Shown: positions 1 through 10,779 of the stretch, piece by piece
How the letters are laid out: each line of letters begins with the position of its first letter
Position numbering within the stretch: position 1 is the first letter of the stretch
Assembly: GCA_051453625.1 (NCBI GenBank)
Contig: JBOZIK010000001.1
Span: forward strand, 17,457,499 to 17,510,986
Reading direction: 5' to 3'
DNA: 53,488 nt
Origin: Welwitschia mirabilis
Taxonomy: Eukaryota
The notes under the pieces: generated by a model
What the model saw: the letters and a program-made list of their open reading frames with translations, nothing else
What the model was told of the DNA's origin: nothing
Databases searched by the model: none
Position numbers and translations under genes: made by a program

Positions 1-540
1 TTAAAAGCAACTAAATAGGTGCACTCTTATGCAAAATCCTTAAGGATATTGCATAATAAAGAGATGCATGTACATAAAACATAAATACATTTTACATAAC
101 ATACTAGCATGATCATTCAAAACCAATTTTTGCCTAAGTATAAAGATATTGATTACTCAATAATAGCCATAATTATTGAAGATAAAAATATTAAGAAATA
201 CATATTAGACTTTAGAATGAGTGTTAACATTCTACTCCATTATATGTACAAGGAATTTGGCTTAAATGATCTTAGAAATACTAAATTCTAATTGTAATTA
301 ATTGATAACTCTATGAAGTTACCATTTAGAAATATGATAGTTTGAGTAAATAACTGCTATTTCCTATTAGACTTCATTGTTTTAGAAATAGAAATAATGA
401 AATAAAACATGATATCAATCATTTTAAAAAGACCCTTTTTTTGGCATCTAACATCTTTATTAATTATAGAAATGGTTAAATAAAAATATGATTTGGTAAT
501 ATGAATATAAACTTGAATATTTTCAATATGATAAAATTAT
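1..540 (+). pseudogene. Athila-like Ty3/gypsy gag-end/aspartic protease remnant
   Basis: ORF 109-291 (LPKYKDIDYSIIAIIIEDKNIKKYILDFRMSVNILLHYMYKEFGL) fits the Athila-type protease pattern LPPKYKDPG..I...IG...I..ALLDLGASVNLLP...YK.LGL. Downstream broken frames give FLLDFIVLE, IILKRPF and NG...M.FGNMNINLNIFN. Confidence 0.75.
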
Positions 541-902
541 TAGGCAACCCTAAAGAGGCTAACTATAATAATGAAATTCATGATTCTATATGTTCTCCTC
601 ATGCACTAGATTTTTTCCCTTTTTTTAAACTGAATATTAATCATTAAAATAACTACTTTAATGTTTTGAAATTATTACATATAATTCTAAAATATATTTC
701 ATCAAATTATATCCAACCTCCTTCTAAGAAAGATGTTTTGTACCATATTTTAGAAAAGCATTAAAAAAACATCATATAATGGACTTGAATAGAGTTTAAA
801 CATTTGGAATCTACTAATTTCAACCTCCATACTTTATTTGAATTTTTAAACTTGTGTGTAGATTCTTTCCTTAAAAGCATTTTTCATCCTATGTCATCCC
901 TT

Positions 903-1050
903 GACTCTTATTTTTTCAACTCTAAATCCAACAACCATAATGGTTTTTAGCATATCACCAATAGTTAAAATATGAATAGGTTAAGTCCTTTTACAATACA
1001 AGAAGTATTACCTAAGGAATTTTTTCTCATGAAAATACCAAAGAATTATT
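903..1050 (+). pseudogene. Athila-like integrase C-terminal (GPF-type) remnant, apparently continuing at ~37327-37360
   Basis: Broken frames give LLFFNSK...SPFTIQEVLP...KIPKN, resembling LLFNSRL...SGPFTIKEVFP..E.NP. After the right Tekay LTR the sequence reads NHLLKPL, resembling NGHRLKPF. Confidence 0.4.
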
Positions 1051-4000
1051 TGTAATATCCAAAATTTCTAATGTTAAACTTCAAAAATGCTCTAATACTC
1101 TAATAACAAGGTATAACACTACATTTTTTTCTAAACTTGCAAATATTAATTAATTAATAAGTAATTAAATCCTCATTATTTCCCTTTATAAAAAGCATTA
1201 ATTAAAAACTATATATGTTGTTGATAGAAAATTTAATCTCTATAATGCCCATCTTAGAAATTTGTAACTTCCTTTAATAATAGCTCTCTTAAGATGGTCC
1301 TCTCCTCCAAGATACCTTAATTGTTCCATCTTTACCATTATTGAAAAGGGAGTGGTTGGCAACTTAAGTTTCATCATGAGTACTAATACCTCCTTTTGCT
1401 ATTTATTACTTTAATTTCCCTCTTCTCCAGTAACCTCAATTTTCTTTTAAAAAAAATGGNNNNNNNNNNNNNNNNNNNNNNNNNNNNNNNNNNNNNNNNN
1501 NNNNNNNNNNNNNNNNNNNNNNNNNNNNNNNNNNNNNNNNNNNNNNNNNNNNNNNNNNNCTCCAAGATACCTTAATTATTCCATCTTTACATTATTAAAA
1601 AGGGAGTGGTTGGCAACTTAAGTTTTACCATGAGCATTAATACCTCCTTTTGCTATTTATTACTTTAATTTCCCTCTTTTCTAGTAACCTCAATTTTCTT
1701 TTTGAAAAAAATGTGTTTTTCCTTCTAACTAATCCTACAATCCTTAATTAATTTTAAGAGGAAAAGTAACTTGTTTTTCTTGGGATTTAAATTCTTTTGG
1801 GAAGGAGGGAGAGTCCCTTATTCAAATTTTAAAAGAACTTATGAGGATACATTAACAAAGCTTTTGAAGGATTCAAGGAAACATTAACTTATCATGAAAT
1901 CTTATCAAAAGTTTTCAATAAAATTTTTCAATTATAGTATAATAATAATGCACAAATTTAGGTTTATTCCAAGAAGATTATCAAGAATCCATAATTTTTC
2001 CATTTAATATCTAATAAAATATTTCATAAATACATGGGTAAAGATTTAAGATTTTAATAAATTTCATCAAATAATAACTAGAAAATATGACCTCCAATTA
2101 AAAAACTTTATTGCAAAATTTCAAGAAGGAAATTCATCATTCCATATATTATAAAATTTTAGAGTAAACTTTAAATACTAAAAGCCATACACATATGAAT
2201 AAATAGAATTTGTCTCTCATCAGAATAACAAATAACACATTGAATGTTCATGTATTTAAGTATTTAACTCTAATAGCCAAAAGAGATACAATTAATTAAG
2301 AGATTTTTCCCTCAATATAGATCCAACAATCCTTTAAACTCATGTTCATATTAGCTATAAACTATAGATTTACCACTTATCACAAAAAGGTATGGGATGA
2401 AAACTATGAAAATCTCACAGCCCCAGTATGGCCCATGTAAGAATAGGTAGTTTAGAAAGANNNNNNNNNNNNNNNNNNNNNNNNNNNNNNNNNNNNNNNN
2501 NNNNNNNNNNNNNNNNNNNNNNNNNNNNNNNNNNNNNNNNNNNNNNNNNNNNNNNNNNNNGGAAAAGATTTAAGATTTTAATAAATTTCATCAAATAATA
2601 ACTAGAAAATATGACCTCCAATAAAAAATTTTATTGCAAAATTTCAAGAAGGAAATTCATCATTCCATATATTATAAAATTTTAGAGTAAACTTTAAATA
2701 CTACAAGCCATACACATATGAATAAATAGAGTTTGTCTCTCATTAGAATAACAAATAACACATTGAATGTTCATGTATTCAGGTATTTAACTCTAATAGC
2801 CAAAAGAGGTACAATTAATCAAGAGATTTTTCCCTCAATATAGATCCAACGATTCTTTAAACTCATGTTTATATCATCTATAAACTATAGATTTACCACC
2901 TATCACAAAAAAGTATGGGATGAGAACTGTGAAAATCTCATAGCCCCAATATGGCCCATGCAAGAATAGGTAGTTTAGAAAGATTATTTAAGGATTAAGA
3001 TAGAAAAATAATTCAAGACTATGAGAAATCCAAAATATAACACAGATAATGAGCTCATGATTATGAATGAAAATATCAAATATAATAAATATCTCAATTA
3101 CTTCACTGCCTTATTCGATGATCTGTGAAGCCCACTACCTCATTTAGTGATCTATGAAGCCCACTGCCTTATTTGATGATCTGTGGTACTCATAATAATA
3201 TATATATATAATGTTAATCATTGTTAATAACACTACCTCATTCATCGATCTATGAAGCCTAGTGTCTCATTCAGTAATTTGTGGTAATATAATATCCTCA
3301 CTACCTCATTTGATGATTCATGGGATTCTCTCTTCACTACCTCATTCAGTGATCTATGAAGTCCACTGCCTGACTTGGTAATCTATGGAAAATCCATAAC
3401 CATAAGTCCAACAAGATGATGTTACAAAGCTAAGAGAAATCTATCCATAACATAACACCTCAATAAGACTTAGAAAGTAAATACCAAGATGAGTACGATA
3501 GGATTTAATCATAAATTTTCATCTCATATAAGAAGATAACTTTAAGATATTATGAAAAGATAAATAAATATTAGATATATGTCAACATAGAGTTTTTCTT
3601 ATTCAAGCAACATATAATTTAATAACTTACTTATAGGAATACATATGCTTCAATCTTAATAAACAAATGCATAAGAAAGAACTATCAAGGAAATATAAGA
3701 GAATGAAACCATACATAAATGTGATGATTTCAATAAAAATTGCATGAAAAAAGATTAACAAGGAATCATAAAAGTAAAGAACCATACAAAAACATGACAA
3801 TTTCAATACAATTTACATAAGAAAGGACCAACAAGGAAGCACGAAAGTAAAGAACCATACCTATGAGTTCACTATTTAAAGATCTTCTAAGTGTTTTAGA
3901 GCTTCTAAGCCTTCTGAGATCTAAATATTTCATAGAAAGATTATTTTGGAAGAATAAAACTAAAATCAAGAAAGGAAGGACTCTCTTTAAAGTGAGAGAA

Positions 4001-4424
4001 TATGAGTGAGGTGATAAAACTCAAGAATACAGAAGGATACAACATGAGGAGATGGTTAAGAGAGGGGCTACATAATGTCTCATAAAGGATTTCCTAGCCA
4101 TTGGGTAACTTTAATAATATAATCAAGATAATGCTTCACATTTAATAATGAGAAAAAATAATAAATAACATGTCTCAATATACATTCATTTTAGCATAAG
4201 TACATAAGTAAATAAAAGAAATCATTTCCACCACAAGAGCATATGAAAATTAAATACAAACATTTAATTAAAAGGGTATTCATATTACAATTTAATAATA
4301 CAGCATTTCAAGAATATAGCATTTAAACAATTGAAGGGATTTCAAGTAATTTAATATTTTTCAAATATTTCATTAAACATAAACTTGCAAATTTTATAAG
4401 AAAGGTGAAAATGTGGACATGACA
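1051..4424 (-). repeat. Tekay 3' LTR (~3.3 kb including gaps; its end is duplicated across a gap and recurs at 4823)
   Basis: Colinear with 33928-37321 wherever both are sequenced (1051-1450 vs 33928-34300, 2010-3120 vs 34637-35228, 3190-4424 vs 35898-37321). TG...CA termini. Confidence 0.85.
3104..3387. repeat. Array of 8 degenerate 24-bp units (consensus ~CACTGCCTCATTCGGCGATCTGTG) with variable linkers inside the LTR
   Basis: Units read directly at about 3104, 3133, 3162, 3231, 3260, 3299, 3335 and 3364. Linkers are aagcc (5 bp), a 45-bp AT-rich stretch, a 15-bp and a 12-bp sequence. Confidence 0.85.
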
Positions 4425-4440
4425 TTTCTCACCTCCTTAA
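4425..4440 (-). promoter_or_regulatory. Polypurine tract of the Tekay element
   Basis: Minus strand reads agtttcaaggatgaaacttcttaaggaggtgagaaa|tgtca, matching the typical Tekay/Del end ...tttcgaggacgaaa....taaggggggagaa|tg. Confidence 0.75.
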
Positions 4441-4864
4441 GAAGTTTCATCCTTGAAACTAGCTAACTAGCTAAAAGATTAGGTATCCANNNNNNNNNNN
4501 NNNNNNNNNNNNNNNNNNNNNNNNNNNNNNNNNNNNNNNNNNNNNNNNNNNNNNNNNNNNNNNNNNNNNNNNNNNNNNNNNNNNNNNNNTCAGCATAAGT
4601 ACATAAGTAAATAAAAGAAATCATTTCCATCACAAGAGCATATGAAAATTAAATATAAATATTTAATTAAAAGGGTATTGATATTACAATTTAATAAGAT
4701 GGCATTTCAAGAATATAGCATTTAAACAATTGAAGGGGTTTCAAGTAATTTAATATTTTTTAAATATTTCATTAAACATAAACTTGCAAATTTTATAAGA
4801 AAGGTAAAAATGTGGATGTGACATTTCTCACCTTCTTAAGAAGTTTCATCCTTGAAACTGGCTA

Positions 4865-6680
4865 AAAGATTAGGTATCCAGTGATTAATATTTACTTTTA
4901 TTTTCTAAGTTTCTTCTTCTATAGATTGGTTGGATCATATTAATCTTGAAATTATTCTTCATCATATGTATTAAAAGTTGGCTTTATAGCCATATAGAAT
5001 TTCATAGTTTTCCTAAAGATTAGTTTTACAATTTAAACTGTAATTGACATCTTCATACATAACATAGATCACATCATATTATAAAGCATTTTATAATAGA
5101 AAAATATAAAGCCATATTCCTTCTTCATTTTGACAAACTTACTACAAAGTGCATGTTGAAAGTTCTTTTTAATTGCCTTCATATTGGAAGGAGTTGGTAT
5201 AGACTAGCCTTTAGCTTCAGAGTATTTTTCTTTAATAAACAAATCCATACAATTTATTCTAATCCATTGATATCATCAATCAAAGGATTCATAAAACTTT
5301 TCCTTACATTAAGTGAGATGTCTAATCACCTTTATTGCAATAGTAAACTTCATGGTATAATGACTTCAAAAATTTACACAAACTCTTAATTTTAGTTATG
5401 AGTTTGTAATCTTTTCCAGTTTCTAAGGTTATAGTCACTTAATTAGGTAAAAGTTGTAAATAACAAACTTGATTTTTCAATGAATTCAAAAGAACATAGT
5501 TGAATATACTTGTAGATGGTTGAAAACCTTTTCATTTCATAAGCCAAAATATCCCAATGCCCTTCCTATGCAGATCAAGGCAAAATGTGCATAAACCATT
5601 AAGTCCAAAACTACAACTCAAATAGGGTAATATAATAATCTCTTACTCTAAATTGTGATACATACTTCAACAGTTATTATCTAGAACTTCCTTAAGCCTA
5701 AGTTCAAAAATTGTAGATCTCTTTCATANNNNNNNNNNNNNNNNNNNNNNNNNNNNNNNNNNNNNNNNNNNNNNNNNNNNNNNNNNNNNNNNNNNNNNNN
5801 NNNNNNNNNNNNNNNNNNNNNNNNNNNNTTATTGCAATACTAAACTTCATTGTATAATGACTTCAAAAAGTTACACAAACTCTTAATTTTATTTATGAGT
5901 TTGTAATCTTTTCTAGTTTCTAAGGTTATAATAATCACTTAATTAGGTAAGAGTTGTAAACAACATATCTTCATAAGAGACTGGGTAAGGACAACATAAT
6001 TGATTTTTCAAGGAATTCAAAAGAACATAGTTTAATATACTTGTAGATGGTTGAAAACCTTTTCATTTCATAAGCCAAAATATCTCAATGACCTTCCTAC
6101 ACTGACTAAGGCAAAATGTGCATAAACCATTAAGTCCAAAACTACAACTCAAATATAGCAACACAATAATATCTTACTCTAAATTGTAACACATACTTTA
6201 ATAGTTGTTATCTAGAACTTTCTTAAGCCTAAGTTCAAAAATTATAGATCTCTTTCACACTACACTCCTTTTTTGTGTACTTCTTCAAATATCTTTCTAC
6301 AACTTATGCTTATCTAAACTAGTTGAATTTCCACTTCAAAGGTTAACATGTAAAATATAGTAATTACTAGTTCTGGATAAATTTTTGATAAGCAAAAAAA
6401 AAATTACTAACAAATCTACCTACTTTTGATAAAGGAAAAGAAATGAGACATGTCCTAAGTAACTTGAAATGAGTGGATTTTTAAATTTGTCATGAAAATA
6501 ACTAGATAATATATCATATAAATCTAGGTTTATAAAATAATTATGCCTTGTAAGAAACTTAGAAAATCCAATAGTTTCTTTGAAACATAATTGAAAAGAA
6601 TTATTTTATTTCTTTACATAAAATCTATGTTTCATACTTAAAACTATGCAAGGAAAGATCTCAAATTTAAGAGACTACTT
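4865..6680 (-). pseudogene. Tekay pol remnant (RT connection/RNase H, integrase, chromodomain), heavily decayed
   Basis: Near 4865-4975 minus: TYDEE*FQ...NQSIEEET*...YPNLL (chromodomain ..EEATWE...YP.LF). Near 6130-6400: YQKFIQN, SR*QLLKV and a degraded ELxVVF.L (RNase H motifs YRRFI, SRQLK, ELAAVVFAL). Confidence 0.6.
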
Positions 6681-6682
6681 AT

Positions 6683-7824
6683 TATTAGGATTGAAAAACA
6701 TCCTAAAGGGGGGGGTTAAATAAGGTAAAATTTAAAATATCACTAAGATTAAACACATTCAAAAATTACGCATATGAAATAATGCAAAAGAATGGCCATA
6801 GAAGTAAAAATTAAGGCACCAGATTTATAGTGGTTCGGTAATACTTGCCTACTCCACTCACAAGAATAATAATGTTCTTTTAGCCTTTTGATTTCCTTAT
6901 CCAATACCCAACACTTTAGGTAACATCTTTCTCCAAAGGTTACAATCAATCCCTTCTCTTTGGATGCACAGGCTTACTTCAACAAGCCACTAGAGAGTAT
7001 GAGAATAAAAAGATCTAATGGTATAGGTGCCTTTAGCATAATGGATCAGTAAGTAAGTATAGAAAGCTCCTCACACAACTGATCTCTTAGTGAAGTACAA
7101 ATTATGAATAGTTCTCAAAACATATTTTAATACAATGTAAGAGAATTAACCATATTAAGAGTTCTCTAATGTTTTTATATGTTGAGATCTAATAGATAGC
7201 TATTGGAGCCTCAAGTTTGATGACCTAGCTGTTTGAAAACCAATCCTAGCCATTTGAATTACTATCCTAGCAGTTTGAGCCATTGCCTTAGGTATTTATA
7301 AGTTGAACTATGTCATTTTAGTGGTTGCAATGTTCATATTTTATTTAATGTCATTAAGTTAGATGTCCCACCTTTTTGGACCAAATATCCTACTTGTAAT
7401 GCCTAATTTCTGTGATTAACTGGGAAGAGTCTCAAATGTCCCAGTTTAAAAATCATATGTTCCCATACTTGATCTATGAAAGTGAGCATGAACATCCCTG
7501 TGACAAACATAGATGTCTCCGTATATTTCAATTGAGTTTAAGTTTAGACATCCTAATAATAGAGCAGAAATGCTGATACATCTGGCTGCATACAAAGTCA
7601 GAAGTCCTGATTGAAAGCTGTGGACATTCCTATACATTTATTCCAATATAGGATTTGACATCTCTACTGAAAGCTATAGGCATCTCTATACATTTGGCTA
7701 TGTATAGGAACGAACATCCCAGTGACAAGCTTGGACATCCTAAAAGATACATCTTCTGATTACATATTTATTGAAGTACACCACTGCCTATTATTGATCA
7801 TCATTAAAATATAATATATTCATA
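6683..7824 (-). repeat. Sirevirus 3' LTR (~1.14 kb)
   Basis: Has the C-rich U5 signal (minus strand tatttaacccccccctttagg, compare Sirevirus TATTCACCCCCCTCTAG) at ~6702-6722. The PPT abuts it at 7825. Confidence 0.8.
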
Positions 7825-8270
7825 CTCTTTCCCTTTTCAATAATAACAATCATGTACCAAATTTGAAAAGTTGAATAATTAAATGCTCCCCCTGAAGTTA
7901 TGCTGCTATAATCTGTACATTAAAAAAAACCACAAATGTTCTAATAAATGATTTAGTATAATAGAGTTATACAAATATAGATAAATATGATAAATACTAC
8001 ATAGATAAATCTTGTAGTTACTCACCCCCTTTGTTATTATTGAAAAACAATAATAAAAACAAAGATATACATTTGACAAAAATGAGAGAAAAAANNNNNN
8101 NNNNNNNNNNNNNNNNNNNNNNNNNNNNNNNNNNNNNNNNNNNNNNNNNNNNNNNNNNNNNNNNNNNNNNNNNNNNNNNNNNNNNNNNNNNNNNTATAGA
8201 TAAATATGATAAATACTACATAGATAAATCTGGTAGTTACTCACCCCCTTTGTTATTATTAAAAAACAAT
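7825..8270 (-). promoter_or_regulatory. Multiple polypurine tracts upstream of the 3' LTR (Sirevirus multi-PPT signature)
   Basis: ctctttcccttttcaataataacaa (7825), gctccccctgaa (~7885), ctcaccccctttgttattatt (8021, with a gap duplicate at ~8240). Confidence 0.7.
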
Positions 8271-8429
8271 AATAAAAACAAAGATATACATTTGACAAAA
8301 ATGAGAGAAAAAAGATGTATTTTTTTCATTAGAGCTAGAGGAGTACAATGTAATGGGACCAAACATGTACATGACACAAAAAGAAAGAAAAATACATCAT
8401 ATAGAAGTGATAGAAAGAGAATATAAGGC

Positions 8430-9290
8430 TAAAAAGATGAGTCATCATGCTTAAGAGCTACAGGGGCCTCCTCTTCTTCCTCAAATCTGGGAGGGATTTT
8501 TAAACCATAGGCAAAAAATCCAAACATAATCCTATCTACATGTCTGTAGAGCGTTTGTGGTCTTTTAAGCTTGAATAGAAATTTCTTTAACTCAAAGAAG
8601 TTCCCTCATTAGATCTTCATTACTTTTTGTCCCTAAGCTAGATCCTTCTTCTATTTCTTGTTTCTTCTATGGAGGGAATGAAGGACCAATTTCTTCTAAA
8701 AGAATGTTCATCTTTTTAAGAGAATATAATCTCAAAGGTTTGGGAATTTTAAGAATCTCTTCATTCTTTCAAATAGAAAAACCATAATTTTCTAAGATAG
8801 CTATAATCAATTCCCTCAAAAGACAAACTACTAAATCTAGTAGGTATAAACTGACTTATATAGAACATAATGAATTTACACAAGTTTATACAAACACTTG
8901 TGCTAAGACGAAATAAAATATATGCATATACTAGAGATACCTGATCCTTGTAACTAAGCTTAGGTACAAGATTATGAGTAGAAATCTAAAATAGCACTCT
9001 ATAGAAAGAAGTTAGTCTATTCATGGACAAATTTGCATGCCAAGGAAAAGAAGTCCCATAAATTTTTGATTTTAATACATCCAAAGAAACTACTTTCTTT
9101 AAAGAACTGAATAAATTTATCTCATGGAAAATGCCCTCTTTTGGAAAGCCGATAACTAGACAAATCACCGTCAAATCTACATCTACCCTTCTACCATAAA
9201 ATTTTGTAGTAATGATCTAATTTGAAGAGTAAAAATGAGCATTACAATAGAATAAACATATCATTTTAATAGTGCAGGTGTGTAGGACTA
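8430..9290 (-). pseudogene. Sirevirus env-like 3' ORF remnant
   Basis: Located between integrase and the PPTs. Broken frames give PALLK..FYCNAHF...TKFYGRRVDVDLTVICLVIGFPKEG and RVLF*ISTHNLVPKLSYKDQVS...INLCKFIMFYI, similar to the YP.LV..FY.N...I..ILG.P..G...NI.PR pattern of plant retroelement env-like ORFs. Includes ORF 8986-9174. Confidence 0.6.
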
Positions 9291-9309
9291 ATACATATTC
9301 GCATCCCAT

Positions 9310-9965
9310 AATTCATAGGGAGTTTTATCTATGTTAGGCCTTCAGAAGACTCTATTAATAATATAACAAGTTGTATTGATTGCTTCTACCCAAAAGTGTT
9401 AAGGAATAACTTTATCATTTAACATAGTTCTAGACATTTCAATTAATACTCTGTTCTTTATTTTAGCTATTCCATTTTGTTAAGGATTTCTTGGGGCTGA
9501 GAGTTAATGAGACATATCATGATGATGACAAAAAATTTTAAATTTCTCATTTATAAACTCTCTTCCTTTATTGGATTTAATGGTCTTAATAGTGTAACCT
9601 TTTTTATTTTGAATTCTTCTATAAATCTTATCAAAATCGTTGAAGGCTTCATCTTTACTGCCCAAAAAGGAAACCCAACAAGAATAAGAGAAATCATCAA
9701 CCATGACTAAAAAATATCTCCTTCCTCTAATACTTATAGTTTGAACTAGACCAACTAAGTCCATGTGGATCAGATCCAAAGATCTTAAGGAAGTTGTAAG
9801 GGTTTTACCTTTAAAGTGAGTTTTAGTGATCTTCCCTTTAACACATAACTCATACATTTTTGCTTGATCTAGGCTAAGCTTAAGCACTCCTATTATAATT
9901 TATATTGAGGCAATTTTGGATAAATCTTTAAGGTTTATATTCCCTAATCTCTTATGTCATAGATT
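9310..9965 (-). pseudogene. Copia integrase core with GAG-pre-integrase region
   Basis: ORF 9504-9887: LDLIHMDLVG...RYFLVMVDDFS...IKSNKGREF, continuing SAPRNP*QNGIA...FWVEAINTTCYILNRV...KTPYELW. Upstream HKRLGNIN. Confidence 0.9.
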
Positions 9966-10189
9966 GATATCTTTATTTTTGGCAAAGTAGTAGTCTTTAC
10001 TCATTTAATTATTGGTTTTTCCAATCACATACATGTATCTAGACCTATTGCTTGTGAGCATAATTTTGGTTGTAATAGCATTTTGAACTACACACTTGTC
10101 TTGGTAAAATGAAACAATGTTAACTCTATCATAAATCTAAGAAATGCTTAAAATATTCTACTTTAATCCATTTATAAGGTATACATCAT

Positions 10190-10360
10190 AAATTGTTGGA
10201 TGTTCATCATTAGCACTTACAATTCCTTGTTAACAATCAAACCCTTACTATTGTCACCAAAGGTTACATCTCCACTATTGTAATCTTCAAAAGACATGAG
10301 AAGATTCTTATAACTTTTCATGTTCTTAGAACATCCACTATCTAAATACCAAATAGTACA
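10190..10360 (-). pseudogene. Copia aspartic protease remnant (partly duplicated at ~11462-11580)
   Basis: WYLDSGCSKNM at ~10318-10352 and VTFGDNSKG at ~10242-10268. Confidence 0.85.
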
Positions 10361-10779
10361 ATTTTAAGCCTTGAAGGTAGCATGCGCAAACAAAGAACGC
10401 AAATTTTTCTTAACTCATTAATATTTAGCATGACGCTATTGACTAGGTTGAGAAAATATTTTTACACTTAAGTTGATATAGAGTATTTTCTTATAAGGAC
10501 AAGTAAATTGAACATGACCATTTCAATTACAAAAGAAATATTTAATGCTAGATTTGAATTTACATTAGGCATGAGTTTTTTAAAAGAATGAGAACGAGTT
10601 GAGGAGAAACCAAGACCTGAGCTATTACATAGATTTCGATAAGAACCTAATAATTGATTAAAATTATCATTACATTTAGACAAACAAGTAGTAATTACTT
10701 TAGCATTTTGGAGTTTAAAAATCAATAGGTTTATCCCTGCATTTGCTTCCTTCAGATTCCATTCCAGAGTATCAACTGT

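Noticed and set aside
3104..3387. CRISPR array (24-bp repeats with variable spacers)
   Set aside because: Eukaryotic LTR context, no cas genes, degenerate repeats, and linkers of 5-45 bp that are reused and conserved in the sister LTR. It is an LTR-internal tandem array.
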